Shown here: positions 37,748-54,954 of the stretch, piece after piece | Layout: each line of letters opens with the position of its first letter | How positions within the stretch are numbered: the stretch's first letter is position 1 | Source: Eledone cirrhosa | Taxonomy: Eukaryota | Length of the DNA: 64,000 bases | Assembly: GCA_964016885.1 (NCBI GenBank) | Contig: OZ024743.1 | Coordinates: 31,930,001-31,994,000 of the forward strand | Reading direction: 5' to 3' | The notes under the pieces: generated by a model | Seen by the model: the letters and a program-made list of their open reading frames with translations, nothing else | The model's database searches: none | Told to the model about the DNA's origin: nothing | Position numbers and translations under genes: made by a program

Positions 37748-39723
37748 TCACCTCTTCGTCTCCTGGGGTCCAGCCTGCACAATTTCCATGGGGGTGTTGG
37801 AGGGGTTGTTTGATGGGGTGGTGGTCTCTGGAGGGGTGGGGACAGAGATGTTTGGTGGGGAGGGGGTGTCTGATGGGATGGAGGTGGGGGTGGAGAAACA
37901 TTTTAACAGGACTCGATTGTAGGGTTTGACGCAGGGGTTACCTACGTCGTTAGGAAATTTTTCTTTTAACTGTTTATGTAGGCCCATGGAGATCCTAATC
38001 ATTTTAAGATTAGGATTCTCCGAAGAGTGTGTAAAAGTTTTCCCTTCGGTCTCTACCGAAGGGTTTTTATATATGGTGTCTGTTAAAATTTTATTGTTAG
38101 TATTTATGTAGGTGTAACATTTTTGTTGTGTTGGGTTGCTTTTTGTCTGTGGTTTTTGTTTGTGCTGTTTGCGTCGCTTGTGTTGGTGTTTTTGTGTTTG
38201 TTGCATTTTTGTTTGTGTTATGTCTTTTCTTTTTTTTCTTTTTATTGGTCGGAAAGGCTCTCCCTCATCGCCACTGGGTGACGATGATGAGGCCTCATCA
38301 GTGTTGTTGGGGAGGGGTACATTTTGGGGTGCTGTTATGTGTGTGGGTGTTTCTTGAGTTGTTTAGGTGGGTAGGGGTTGGATGGGACTGTGTTTGTCGT
38401 TTGTTTTGTTGTCACTATTTTTTTATGTTGTTGTTGCTGTGGTGGTGGTGATTGTTGTGCTGGTGTTGCAGGTGTTGGCAGTAGTGTCTTTTTTTGGCTA
38501 GTTAGCCGAGGACAGGAAGCTCTCTGGTGACCCCTGCTTGAGCAGTGGTAACATGAGGGCCGCCTACCCTCGACCGAAATGTTTATGTATATAAGCCCAT
38601 CCAGCAACACACGTTCCGGGATCCTAGCTATTCGTTCTGGTGTCATTTGGACCAGAACTTCCAGGCTAGTTCCGCTGAACAGGTCGCCGGAGGACTTACC
38701 TATCGATATTATATAGTCTGTTTCGTGGTTTAAAAATCCACATAGTACCCACCAAATATCAATATTTGGTGCGATACTTTGGATTTTTATTTCCTGTGTC
38801 CTTTTCCCCATGTAAGTGGGGAAAAAGGTGAACAGCGGTGACACAATTGGCGACACAGAATGTTTCTGTGCCGTCAATTGGTCTGTTATTAGAATGGATA
38901 AACTCCCGTAGAGTCTACCCTTCTGAATAAAAGCAATGTCTTTTAAGGCATTTTTTAAAGCCAACTCAATTTCGCCTTGTGAAAGTTGAGTCGGTTTTCG
39001 TGTTTTGTTTGAGATTGTCCTGAAAATCAGTTTTCAAGGCAGCTTCTCTTCGCAAATCTGGGGGAGAGTTTATGGAGTTGATCCGTTCTCCCCAAAAGTT
39101 ACATATTGTCTGGCGTTATTCAAAAGCTCATTTGCATTTGAAATATCTACAGGAGTGTAGCTTACCGTTTTCTTTATGGTTTGCGCAAATGATATTTTGT
39201 CGTTTACTTCCTTGTTGCAGTTATTGGTCTTGTTATTGTTATTATTGTTCTTATTGTTGATGGTGTTTTCGTTTTTTCCGTTGTTGGTGTTGTTGTTGTT
39301 GTTGGTTGTGGTTTTGTTGTTGTTGTTGTTCTTCTTGTTCTCGTTGTCACTGTTGTTGTTGATGGAGTTGTTTTGGTTTGTGCCATTCACAGTTTTCGTG
39401 TTGCTGGTGCTGGTGTTGTTGTCAGGGTGTGTTTTAAACATATCGAAGTGTTTCAATGAGGTGGTGCGAGCTGCTTCTTGGCTTGACAGTTTTACCGTCC
39501 CTCCACCATCTCTGTCTAATTGTTGGCTGACAGTTTTGATGTTGTTGTTGTTTTTGTTGCTGTTGTTGTTACTGTTGTTGTTGTTGGTGATAGCAGCAGG
39601 CAGGCAGCCTTCACCTGCTACTAGTACTGTGGAAGGTGAGATTAACAGCCCATCTCCACAATTCTCTGATGTGTTTTTTGTGAAGATGAGGTCAAAGAAT
39701 TTGGCCATTTTGGCTATATTCAA
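37748..39723 (-). pseudogene. Tx1-like ORF1 (Asn-rich N-terminus, zinc knuckle), frameshifted
   Basis: Three consecutive ORF pieces; CYHCSSRGHQRASC is a CX2CX4HX4C knuckle; C-terminal block homologous to 57580-57768. Confidence 0.85.
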
Positions 39724-39915
39724 AATTCCAGTAGAAATGTTGTGGAATTTCTCCGTTTTTCGCCCTGATGGGCTTATTATTTGGGGTTGCTACAGAGTGT
39801 AGGGTGGCAGCTTATCTACAAAATGGTGTAAGAATGTAGATTCAGTTCATGCAATTTCCAATGAAATTAAAACATTTACTCACCAGCGCGTTTTCCATGT
39901 GTTAGACAGAATCCG

Positions 39916-40010
<95 letters not shown>

Positions 40011-43000
40011 GGGATAGATAGATAGCTAGAACGGATCTAGTTGTAGAAACGGCCGGAGCTCAGCCGTCGAGGTCCTGAATTTGTTCATATCTATATAGAT
40101 CGATAGAGAGAGAGAGTGAGAGAAAGAGAGAGTGCATGAGACAGAGAGAGAGAAATACAAAGGCAATACGAACGAAAGTAAAGGACACTCAATAGGCTTC
40201 GTGTTGGTTAGATATTTTAGATATATGTGTATATATGTGGTTTATATATGTGGTGTATATATGTGAGTATATTGCTCAAGTTTTATTTTGGCATATATGA
40301 ATATGTGCTAATGTATATGAATCTGTGTTAGGCTAATTTTATAGTCTTTCATTTGGCTCAGTTTCTAAAACACTAATGAATTTCACTGACTGAAAAAAGA
40401 TAAAGAGCCCGTTAGAGAGATATCTGTAATTAAAATATTATTAATCTAAATTACTTGCTAACCTTCCAGCAACTATTTAACGCGTATATAATCACATGTT
40501 GTGAGACTTCACACAAATAATGGTAGAATATTGATTTGTTTAGTATGCCGGATATTATGCAGACAATAAAGAGTAAGTGCTATATCATTTTTGCAAGTCA
40601 CACCCAGTGGAGTAAAAGAGGCGCTGCTCAGTTATTTTGCCAAATACATTTCAGTTTCAGTGATACTGTGCGCTTAGTTGTAAATAGGCAACTTAGATTT
40701 TTTCTATAATAAGTTCAAAGCTATATGAGGGATTAATCTCTGAATTGAGGCTTTAAGGTGATATAAATATAAGTCTTTCTTTGAAATTGACGCCAGAAAC
40801 TTAGACGGCTTAATAAAATAAAACAGAAATGTGTATGATGCCCAGAAAATAATGAAATACAATCAGTTGATTTGAAGGCATGTCTCTCGTGTCACTACTT
40901 CTATACAATATCTCTAACATAAGATAATCCTTTATTAAGTATAGACCTCCGGAGCGAGATAAAGCTCACTCTCTAATCAATGCGATTACTGTATAATTGA
41001 AGAGATTTGTGACAATGCACTGATTGACTAGATGTCTGTTATAAGGAAAAGCAGATATAGGGCACTGTTGTTCTATCCAGGGAAATATATTTGCGTGTTA
41101 ATTAATTGATTTAAAGAATACTAGGATAAACTCTAGCATATCACGAAACTGTTTAGAAAGAAACGGCAGAATACAGAAATAGATATTGAGATGCAGTGAA
41201 TGTTTAGTTCCAATGTAATAAAACACATCTTTTTCTTGTTGCATAAAGCGATTTTTTACTTGATAGAAAAAAGATTTCCCGTAGAATTACAAACACAGAG
41301 AGAAAGCTCCGTAACTATAACTTATGGTATCAAACAATATTTATGTTATATTTACAATCAGATACCATCCAGCATCGAAACCGATTTTTTTTCTTTTTAC
41401 CACTAAGAATCTTGTTGGCTTGAAAGTAGAACATTACATACAAGATTTATATAACTCGGTCGCTTTGAAGTGCTTCCGGTTTGAAGCCAACAGCTTGCTA
41501 AAGCATTGTATGAGGTATGATAATGAGAAGAGGCTAGCCAAGATACAATCGACATTTTGGGTTAAAATTGTCTCATGAATGTGTGCTGGCCTCCAAACAA
41601 GATGAATACGTCAACATATATTTTCCACTTAGATCATTTGTCGAAAAAGCAAAAAATATATACACGATCTAGCAAAATACTGATAGTGTCTGAAAGTTTT
41701 CAGAAATCAATAAAAACTTTCTAAAGATGGCATTTTCTACTGCAACTCATTCGTCAGTAATGCTTGATAATATCATCTTTTCTTTAATATATTCTATTTT
41801 AGCATGATATTTTTCATATTTCTCTTATATTTCTAAACTTTTTTCTCTTTCTTATACATTAATTTTACTTCGTTCTTCACACAAGTAGATAATCTGAATA
41901 TCTTTTACCGCCATACTACCGTTATTTTATGTTCAACTGATGCTAGACATTTATTTTCTCAAAGTCCATATATCTGTATATCACTTTTCTTATAACTAGC
42001 TGATTTTCATGACCTTAAACAAGTATTTGCTTTTCTCTTTAAGCTTCATAACTTCAACGAAGCTGAATATCCAGAGATGCTTTAGGAATATATTTTTAGG
42101 ATTGGAATTCAGGGCACATACTTGATATATTTTTAAAGAACATCTGCTTGAAGTTTGATTGACGTATTCAGGATTATTAAATCAAATGTATATTTGATTA
42201 CACCGGGAAAGCTATTTTTGTTTTAATTTATTTGCAAATTTACAAAAATAGTAATTCTTCCGGATAATTAATCTCATATTCTCGCTCACATAGCTGTTTG
42301 CCAAATTAGGTTTTCACTTACTAAAATAGATCACTTGTAACTATAGATGTACTATGTCCTCTTACTCTTCAGTGTGTTCTTTACAATCCAGATAAAGCAT
42401 AAGCACACTCTTTGTCACCACACTGTGTATCCTCACTGTCATTGTCACCGTCGTATCCTGGATTGAACCATCCAACCAAACCTTCCTCGTCATATTTACT
42501 ACATGTTGGAACTCATTAGTTTATTCTGTTTACAACCCAGCTACAAGTTAACGAGAATTTAAACTTACTATGACCAATAATAATATCATCTAGATGTGCA
42601 AGTGCTCTCAAGTAATGCCAGCTTCAAATTTGTTTGCCGAAAGCACATAAGGTATAAAATAGACGTAGAAATAGTTATGTAGTGAAACGCATTGCTTTGC
42701 AGCCACGTAGTTCTGGGGCTATAAGCGTTTGCGACTAACATTAGGCTAGTGTCGTACATAATCGGTGATATATATATATATATATATATGTTTATATCGA
42801 GATATAAATAGCACGTAATTTGTATTTTTATTTCTATATTTCTATCGAAAAGAAATGACCATTTTGTTTTACGATTATCTTTCATTCTAGAGAAAGAGAG
42901 AATGAGATAGAAATAAAGAGAGGGGCGTAAAAAACGAAAGAAAGAATGAATGAAAGAAAGGAGGAAAGAAAGAAGGAAGAAAAGATAAATTCTATATGAA

Positions 43001-45749
43001 AAAAAAACAGAGAAAATCAGAGAACGTGAATACAGAGATATAGAACATCAGATACACACATAAAGTTACAGACTGTAAAACCAGTGATAGATTGAGAGGG
43101 ATTCATATCTGTGCCATTGATGAATATAACAATTCTATTGCTTAACATTTACCATCTGGTTTGCAAACGTTAGGGTTGATTACCCTTTTGGAGACTAGTT
43201 AATTTCCTCATTGATCCATCAGCCTACCAATTCAATCTCAGATCTCCATATTTAGCCCGAATTTCTTCAATATCGGACAAAGATCCAGGCGAAAGAATGT
43301 ATATATTCGTCAAAGTTTGCTACAAATAGAATTTAAAAATCTCCGAAACTTTATGTCATCTGATTTTCCTGACTCAGAAAATTACCAGTTTCTTTGGATT
43401 CCAGATTTGGCCTTATTAATGAAGAGATTAAGTTATATGTCATTACTAAATTCGAATTTATTTTAATACCAAACTTGTGTTAACAATCTTGTAGTTCGGA
43501 GAAAGAACAGTTAACATCTAGATACATAATAAGACTGTTGGTATGTGTGTGATGGTGATGTTGGAGGGGGTAATAATGGTTAATTTGCCTCGAGGAGAGA
43601 AATATAATAATATAATATAATATGGATAAAAATAGATTAATTGAGCAATTCTGTTTGGATTTCAGGTTCTTGCTTTCTGAAATAAATTATTCTGTGTGGT
43701 TTAACAAATACTTTTCAAACCCTCAATATAATACCCTAAACAGTTGGGAATATAGAAGTAAACGCTGGAATATATAAGTGGTCATTTATTCTCATAGAAA
43801 CGACATCTAGATTCCCCTTACATTATATCCTTCTATTTTGAAGAAGATAGGACAAATTTTAGAAACGATTAATAGAGATATATTATGCACGATAAAAATG
43901 GGATTATCGGAAATTGAGCACCCATCCACATAGTTCTCCTCAATGAGAGCTGACTTGGGAACAAACGACAATATTCTCTTTCATAATCACCTGAAGTCTG
44001 AAGTGTTCCGTGCCTTATCTAAATAAGTAAGCCCCATTTCTAACGCTACTTGAACAGTATTCCTTAATCTTTCTTCCTCTAAAGAAAGTATTATTTTAAT
44101 TTATGGTAACATAATACCTGTTATCCAATTCCCCAAAAAGGTAACTTATCAGACTCAATTCCAACGTCCAATGAATAGAAATAATCATAAAATATCCCAT
44201 AGATTTCTCTTTCAACTTTCGATAACTGAAGACACTCATAAATGACCATCTCTTTTATTATGTCCTTCTTTCCAGTAATCAGCTGTAGAGTTACTGTGCA
44301 ACCAATCTACTAGAGACAAGGCCAACCACGTCACATCGTTGTGAGTCTCCATCCTTAAAAACTGGGGAAACAGGGTTTATAAGCAATAAAAACGAAACAT
44401 TTAACTGTTTCGATATTCCCATCTCTGTGCATTCTGGCGTGATTTACCTTACCTGCATTTATCATATGTTGTGTATTTAATATTTCATTTATATCTTCCG
44501 CGTGCGACAGCAAAACATTAATGATCTACTTACTGCAACATTTTACCTTTCATATTCCTATCCAGATGATACGAAACTCTACTCCTTTTCTCATGAATGT
44601 ATCATTAACTTGTAACAATAAAACGTATATTGCCTCTGAAAATGCGGGAAAGAAACGACACCACATCAATTTTAGAACAAACCGTCATGCTCTCCAAAGT
44701 GTAAGAAGGTGTCATAGTATTTATTATTTCAACATAGCCTTACATATATTGCATCTCACAGGCTAATCTTTCTCCTCAGAACAAACACTTCAATCGTAAT
44801 CAATATCTGAATGTTTGACTGCAAATTATACTGAATTACTGATCATATTTGGGACTGGGCTATAACTATGAGAAAATATACCTACGTGCAAACGCATACA
44901 TATTAAGACACACATACATGCACACACACATACAAACACATCTGAACTACTATTCGGAATACATGTCTGATTTACTGACCAGCCCAAACATATGTCTTTT
45001 ATCTTAGTTTTTTCAACCTGTATTATAACCAATTTTGTGTCTTCCAAACTGACAAGACCGTACCCCATTCCTTTTAATGCAATTGTTTTTCATTCTGTAG
45101 TCAACCTTCTTTAAAACAATTTCTACAATCTTTCATCCTGAGAAGTAATGCCTCCTCAAACTCAATGATATATATTTAAATATCCCTATAGAGGTACAAT
45201 TTCAGAGTGATAGATCAGCAAATATTGCAAATACTCCTTCGCTTTTCACTAATGTTGGCAGCGAGATCATGATTTCTGTCGTTATTCGCGATAGATAAGT
45301 AATCTTATATTCATATAGCACTCAGAAAATCACGTTATGATGAAAGAACTGATAAATTGAAGGCATGTGACAAAATTGATTTCTCGCAACAACATGACCA
45401 AACTAATTTCTCACAGTCCTATGAGCTCGTCCGTCATTAATAAAAGCCGTGTTCTAAATTCTACAACATATTTTCACCTATGACACTATCGATATTTATA
45501 TTTTCTAGTCGTCTTCCTGTCTCTCCAAACACATTACCAATTTACATTGGTTTTTCTGCTCTTTCCTCAATTCTGTTTTCCATATATCTAATTTCCTTGT
45601 CTCGTCTCTCTTCTTGTCATCTTTAATTCATTACCAACATTCTCTCTTTAATCTGCTCGTTTCTTAATAGCTATGTCTGTACGAAAGGGTATTGTTCATG
45701 GCAATCGCAGGCTCTCTGAGACCATCCCCATATATACATACATACACAC

Positions 45750-45804
<55 letters not shown>

Positions 45805-46781
45805 CGTGCGTGTCTGTGTCTGTGTCTGTGTCTGTGTCTGTGCCTGTGGTTGTGTGTGTGTGCATGTAAGAGAGTCAGTGAGCGAGAGAGAGAAGGGAAC
45901 ATATCTATAATTTCTTTATCTCATGAACTGCCTTCGGATACAACTTGAAAATCTACTTACAATCTTTAAACTGGGGATCACATGAAAACTATGTAAAGCC
46001 TGGGACAATAAATCGACGTAAGTGTTGTGTTGGACATAAATAAAACCCGAATTCCTCAATGCTTGTCTTCTTTTACGTTGAAGGGAATTCGCTATGAACT
46101 GCATGTTTTCCAATTCGCCATTAAGAAAATCACTACTACTTCATGTAAACCAGCGTACATTATTTTCTATATCTCTACTTTATGCACATGAGATATTTTT
46201 TGTATACTACTTTTACAGAATTTACCTTACTTTAGACTACACGTACCACTAATATTTTTTTTACAATCATTATTTTTCTTTCATTTTTTTTTTTCATATT
46301 TTCCATAAATCAATTTCAAGTCTTTTCAATTATAGGATGTAATTTACAAATCTAAACTTTAATTCACAAAAGTAAACGTGTCTAAAATATAGATTACATT
46401 AGAGTGAGGTATGTGTAAGTAAAAATATTAAGTTAGAAAAGGATTTTGTCACGTATTTCTTTTATTTTCTCAATTTTATTATGTAATTTTTCATGTAATT
46501 TTCACCAAATCCGCCAACTCGTGTTTGAAAATAACATCATTAATATTTCCTTCAAACGCAACATCAATTCAGTTTTATTACATAAATAGTCGATCGATAT
46601 TTATTACTTTTAATAGAGCGCAATATACAATCCCGATTTATTTCTCAATGGACTAGAGTTCTACTCCTTCTCTCAGCTTTACCAATATAATTACGAAGAG
46701 TACGAATAACATTAGAATTTAGATTCAGTTGTGATCTTTGTGCCAAATCAGAAGCAAACCTACAAACTTACACACGCACGC

Positions 46782-46839
<58 letters not shown>

Positions 46840-46989
46840 TCGCACACAAACACATATACACATTAGAAACAGGTAGTGATGTAACCACTACCTGCTAGAT
46901 GATATATCGATCAACCACGATCAAACAACCCTGTGAAACGACCGTAAAACATTAAATTAATTAACTACATGTCTCTGTTTTATTTTCAT

Positions 46990-48164
46990 TGTTCAACACA
47001 CACACACATAAACCCCGGTTACGGCCTCCCACAAATGTAGGTCCCCTACACTCCGTACCAATGACCAATGGACACAAACAACCACCCATGGTTTGTGGTC
47101 CCTATGGTGGATGGTCCACCGGATCCTCTACTGGTTAGGAGTCATCTAAACAACGTTTTATTGAACCTGATTTTATATATATATGTATATATATATCGTG
47201 TGTATATATATATATTTTATATGTGTATATGTGTGTATTTTATATATATGTATGTATATGTATGTATATATTTTATATATATATGTATGTGTATGTGTAT
47301 TTTATATATATATATGTATGTATGTTTTGTGTGTGTATATATTTTGTGTATGTGTGTATTTTATGTATATATATATATGTTTTTTATATTTTTGTATGTA
47401 TATATTTTATATATATGTATATATATATATGTATACTTGTGCGTACATGCATGCATATATATATATATATATATATACACACACCTGTATGGATTTGTGT
47501 GTGTAGATGTGTGAGTGTCTGAGGGGGTAGGTGTGAGTGTATGTACACGTCAACCAGCATAAACCTTTTATTTCTAAATTTTCTACACTATCTAAGTATT
47601 GGACTCTAACCATTATATTAAGTATTACCACCCCACATTTCGTATGTGTGGATGTGTGTGTGTCTGTGAAGGTGGGTGTGAGTGTAGTGCAAGCCAACCT
47701 ACATAAGTCTTTTTATTTGTAAATGTTCTACTCCAACGATAATTTTCAGTAGCACCACTCTACATAAATTCCTCAATCTAAGAATGACCTGTAGTATCTA
47801 TTTCATACTATTAAACTTATTGGAATGCCTTTTGTGAAAATCAGTCATATGGAACTATTGTGTTCTTGCCTGACGGTCTGAACTTTACAAAACCACCTGT
47901 CTCTTTGAGGTCAAATACCAACCCTACTACCATCTACAAAGTGACCAATGAGAATTAAGACTATTCCTGCTGACAACATTAAATTATTCCTAACAAACTC
48001 ATATGTCCCGCGGCTCTGATACCATCAACACTATAAACACAGAGCTGGCATATCTAAGAACTGAATAACTACCTGATGAGGTCATAGCCATTCAATGGCT
48101 ATCATGGAAATATATATAGCAGTAAATAAAGGATTATGAGTTCATGCAATTGACTTATGTTTCG

Positions 48165-48168
<4 letters not shown>
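46990..48168 (+). repeat. Old pseudo-LTR-like non-coding element: microsatellite mosaic, degenerate ~145-bp-period duplication (47500-47735) and decayed hammerhead before (TA)n
   Basis: Layout parallels 3563-4270; boundaries uncertain. Confidence 0.4.
48068..48123 (+). ncRNA. Degenerate type I hammerhead motif
   Basis: ACTAC-CTGATGA-ggtcATAGCCAttcaaTGGCTATcatg-GAAA-TATATA-TA-GCAGT. The base of helix II and one helix I pair are disrupted. Confidence 0.55.
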
Positions 48169-48227
<59 letters not shown>

Positions 48228-48342
48228 TTAAATGTAATATAGAAAGGCTTCTACAGGACTAGAACTGTTATATTAAATATTTAACTTTGCTTTGTATTGA
48301 GTACCTTATTTACTGTGGTTACCCCCGTTTGAACCCGGGAGA

Positions 48343-51225
<2,883 letters not shown>

Positions 51226-51228
<3 letters not shown>

Positions 51229-51424
51229 GGTAACAGATTATCGTTATACGCAGTCCACTTAGATGTAGTCCAGTTATAGTACTCCGCGTAGTGGATAGTA
51301 TTAACGTGAGGCTTAGTTTGACTCAACAAGACGTTTCCATAGTGATGCTGCGAGTTCGCGGTGATTTCTATGTAGATTATACTTGGAGTAATAATAATTC
51401 AAGAAAAAAGAGTGACATGGTTCG
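51226..51424. repeat. TA-anchored repeat homologous to the reverse complement of 22720-22908
   Basis: Shared blocks TAACA(G/A)ATTATCGTTATA, AGTACTC, GTGGATA, GTTTGACT(C/G)AACAAGA, GAGTTC(G/A)CGG, CTTGGAG(T/C)AATAA, ACATGGT. Confidence 0.75.
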
Positions 51425-51624
51425 NNNNNNNNNNNNNNNNNNNNNNNNNNNNNNNNNNNNNNNNNNNNNNNNNNNNNNNNNNNNNNNNNNNNNNNNNNNN
51501 NNNNNNNNNNNNNNNNNNNNNNNNNNNNNNNNNNNNNNNNNNNNNNNNNNNNNNNNNNNNNNNNNNNNNNNNNNNNNNNNNNNNNNNNNNNNNNNNNNNN
51601 NNNNNNNNNNNNNNNNNNNNNNNN
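51425..51624. other. Assembly gap (200 N)
   Basis: Run of N. Confidence 1.
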
Positions 51625-52238
51625 AATATTAATATATATATTATACATATATATATATACATATATATATATACTATATATATATACATATATATATATA
51701 CATATATATATATACATATATATATACATATATATATATACATATATATACATATATATATATACATATATATACATATATATATATACATATATATATA
51801 CATATATATACATATATACATATATATATACATATATATACATATATATATATACATATATATACATATATATATATATACATATATATACATATATATA
51901 CATATACATACTATATACATATATATATATACATATATATACATATATATATATACATATATATACATATATATATATACATATATATATATATACATAT
52001 ATATATATACATATATATATACATATATATACATATATACATACATATACATATCATATATATACATACATACAATATACATATATATACATACATACAT
52101 ATATATATACATACATACATATATATATACATATATATACATACATATATATATACATATATATACATATATATATACATACATATATATATACATATAT
52201 ATACATACATATATACATACATATATATACATATATAC

Positions 52239-52269
<31 letters not shown>

Positions 52270-52330
52270 CATATATATATACATATATATACACATATAT
52301 ATACATATACATATATATATATATATATAC
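51625..52330. repeat. Interrupted (TA)n/(TACA) microsatellite
   Basis: Directly visible. Confidence 0.97.
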
Positions 52331-54954
52331 ACTTGCCTCCACGTGTATATTGTGTGTGTGCGTGTGCGTGTGCGTGTGCGTGCGTGTGAATCAATTAATC
52401 CATAGAAACACAAGAACAAGAAGTATATTTGGTATACAAATATTTTGGAAGCTGAAGCTTCATTCGCGTGAGATTGATTTTTTTTTCTTTGGGGGGGGGG
52501 GGGTACTTTATTAAATAATGATTTATCAACAATATGGCGTATGGCTGAGAGTGGAATTTCACATAACTATATAATGGTATAACATAGAACATTCGTATAG
52601 CCCCAAATTATTCGAAAATAAATACGTGATATGACTGGTTGTTAGTGATATCGCTCGGAGAATCGGCATTATATGGGATATTGGTTTGTGTGTGCTCATA
52701 GGTAAATGAAATAAGGGAAATGTGGGGAACGAAGAAAGATGCTGGGATAATGTGAGAGGAAAGAAAAGTGTAGAGACAGAGAATTGAAGAAGGGGGGGGG
52801 GGGTTGTAAATATTTTGATACAGAATGGAAGGCGATTTGAAAAAGGAATGTAATCGGGAATTCAACTTTATGTGGAATAGAATATTCTGAAGGTAAATAT
52901 GTATAATATGGTTCTAAAATCTTATAGCGGTACAATGTCGTGTTTGGAGAGTAGCTTCCACCCTAGCTCCCACATCTCACAGAAGGCCAATAAAATAAAT
53001 ATATGAAACAGTTTTCTTTTTAAACATGCATTTAATACACAACTGGGTTCTAGCGTAGCCTATGTTATCAATATGGGAAATGGATCCTTTACTATAAGGG
53101 TAATCTCAGTCATCAGTGGCGCAGACGAGGCAATATACCTCCCCAGAAGCTGAGACCTGTCCTACTTCCAAGAAAGATCCTATTAGTTATGTGTTCGGCT
53201 TATGCAAGGAATAATTCATTATGAATTCTTAAACATTATTCAAATAATCATAACTGCGGTTTACTGTCAACAACGTTGGCGTTTGTAAACAGCTTTGGGC
53301 AAAAATAGATAGCCATCTTTACCGAACAGAAAATAGGGCATTCCCTATCACGATAAAGTATATCTTCAAGCTGCATGAGTAACCAAGGTTACTATGGGAA
53401 CTTGGTTGGAAAAAATTGCTTCGCAAGTTATATTTTCCCGACTTTTTCCCCTTCCAGTTATCATATATTTAAGAGTTTACAGTATCAATTTGATGAGGTC
53501 GGACTAACATCATGAGAAGAAGTTGGAAGCGAGTTACTTTATTTCAGATCAAAATCGAAAGAATTTTATAACCTGAATATCTATAACCTTGTTGACAAAT
53601 AGAATAAGGATATCAAAAGCAATAACAAATATTTCGATGATTTTATACAACCATAAATAGCGTTAGTTTGAATTGCGAAGTTAAAATCAGACAAAACTTT
53701 CATTCTATCATGATATATGCTTGTTTCATTCTGCCTGACTGAAAAACATGTCGTCATCCTAATTCATGGTTATACAGCTGCCAATGGACGGGCATTCGCG
53801 TGGTATAATAATAAATTCCACCACATCTATGCAAATACCAACATTTTTCAAAATCTGTTTCATTCATACTTGCAAAAGAAAATGGATGGAAAATAATTTT
53901 TCAAAAACCCATTAAACTTGGAGGAAAACAGATAAACCATTCAAGATGGAAATATACAAAGTTGAATTTTGCATATTAAATATCGTCTGAACAACATTAA
54001 GAAAGTATGTTTTTGTGTATTTTATAAAATAGTATTATTTTATGTCGTTCGATATATGCAATGGTAAAGAATAGGTCTCATAAAGGTCTAGAAAATATTA
54101 TCCGAGAGAAATTAGCAGCATGTATTAAGAGAAATGGGTCTTTTATTTACCCAACATTATAGTAACTGAAGTTAAATACTAACTATATAGGCTGGCTTTT
54201 GTTTTTCTTTTATTCCCTGAGCAGTATAAAGAGATGTTGTATCTTTCTTGTGTATTTCTATGGGTATTTTTTTCTTCTGTTCTAAAGAAATGCTGTCAGG
54301 TGATGGAAGCAAATGTTATCAAACACTTTTTAGTATATTCAAATAATGTCTGATAGTCGGCCTTGATTCTTAGATATCTACCTAAATCTGATACTAAAAT
54401 GAACAGCTAAATATGCCATTAAGCCGTACAAAAATATAAACTTGAGGAAAGTAAATAATAAAACAGAATTTTCGTAGTAAAACAAAGCATACTCAAAATA
54501 GATTTTCGTTAATCTATTTAGTTTTCCTCCAGGTAAAATATTTCACAAAGTTAATAAAATGGAAAGAACTTAAATTAACAAAAACGTTCAACTAGAATTT
54601 CGGCAAGCAAACGTGGGCAAAAATAAATAAAATTTCATAGCCTCAAACTAATTCTGTAATTAAATCTCGTCAAATCATGTGAAGAAAAACTGAATCTACT
54701 TTGTAAGACGAAAGAACCAAAAAGGAAAATGTAAAACACAAATGTCCACCTTCTCGTTATATTTCTTTTAAGTTTTATTTTATGGATACTTTTTTCCTTA
54801 TTTTTGCTATGTTGTTTTTCTTTGTGCGGTAACGTACTGCTATTTTCACTGAGCTTGTCGTCGGTAACTTTATTATTGCTGTTATTATTGTCGCTATTCT
54901 CGATGATATTATTTTTGTCAATATATTCCATTCTAACCTTAAGATTAACAACAA

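Larger units (their letters stand above)
34198..39916 (-). mobile_element. Full-length (~5.7 kb), decayed Tx1/L1-type LINE inserted in (GATA)n
   Basis: ORF1 plus ORF2 (APE-RT-CCHC); (GATA)n on both sides (~34128-34197 and ~39916-40025); 3' AATAAA at the junction. Confidence 0.93.

Noticed and set aside
43900-44000. Minus-strand IEENYVDG resembling a BEL/Pao RT motif
   Set aside because: Isolated motif with no flanking RT similarity.
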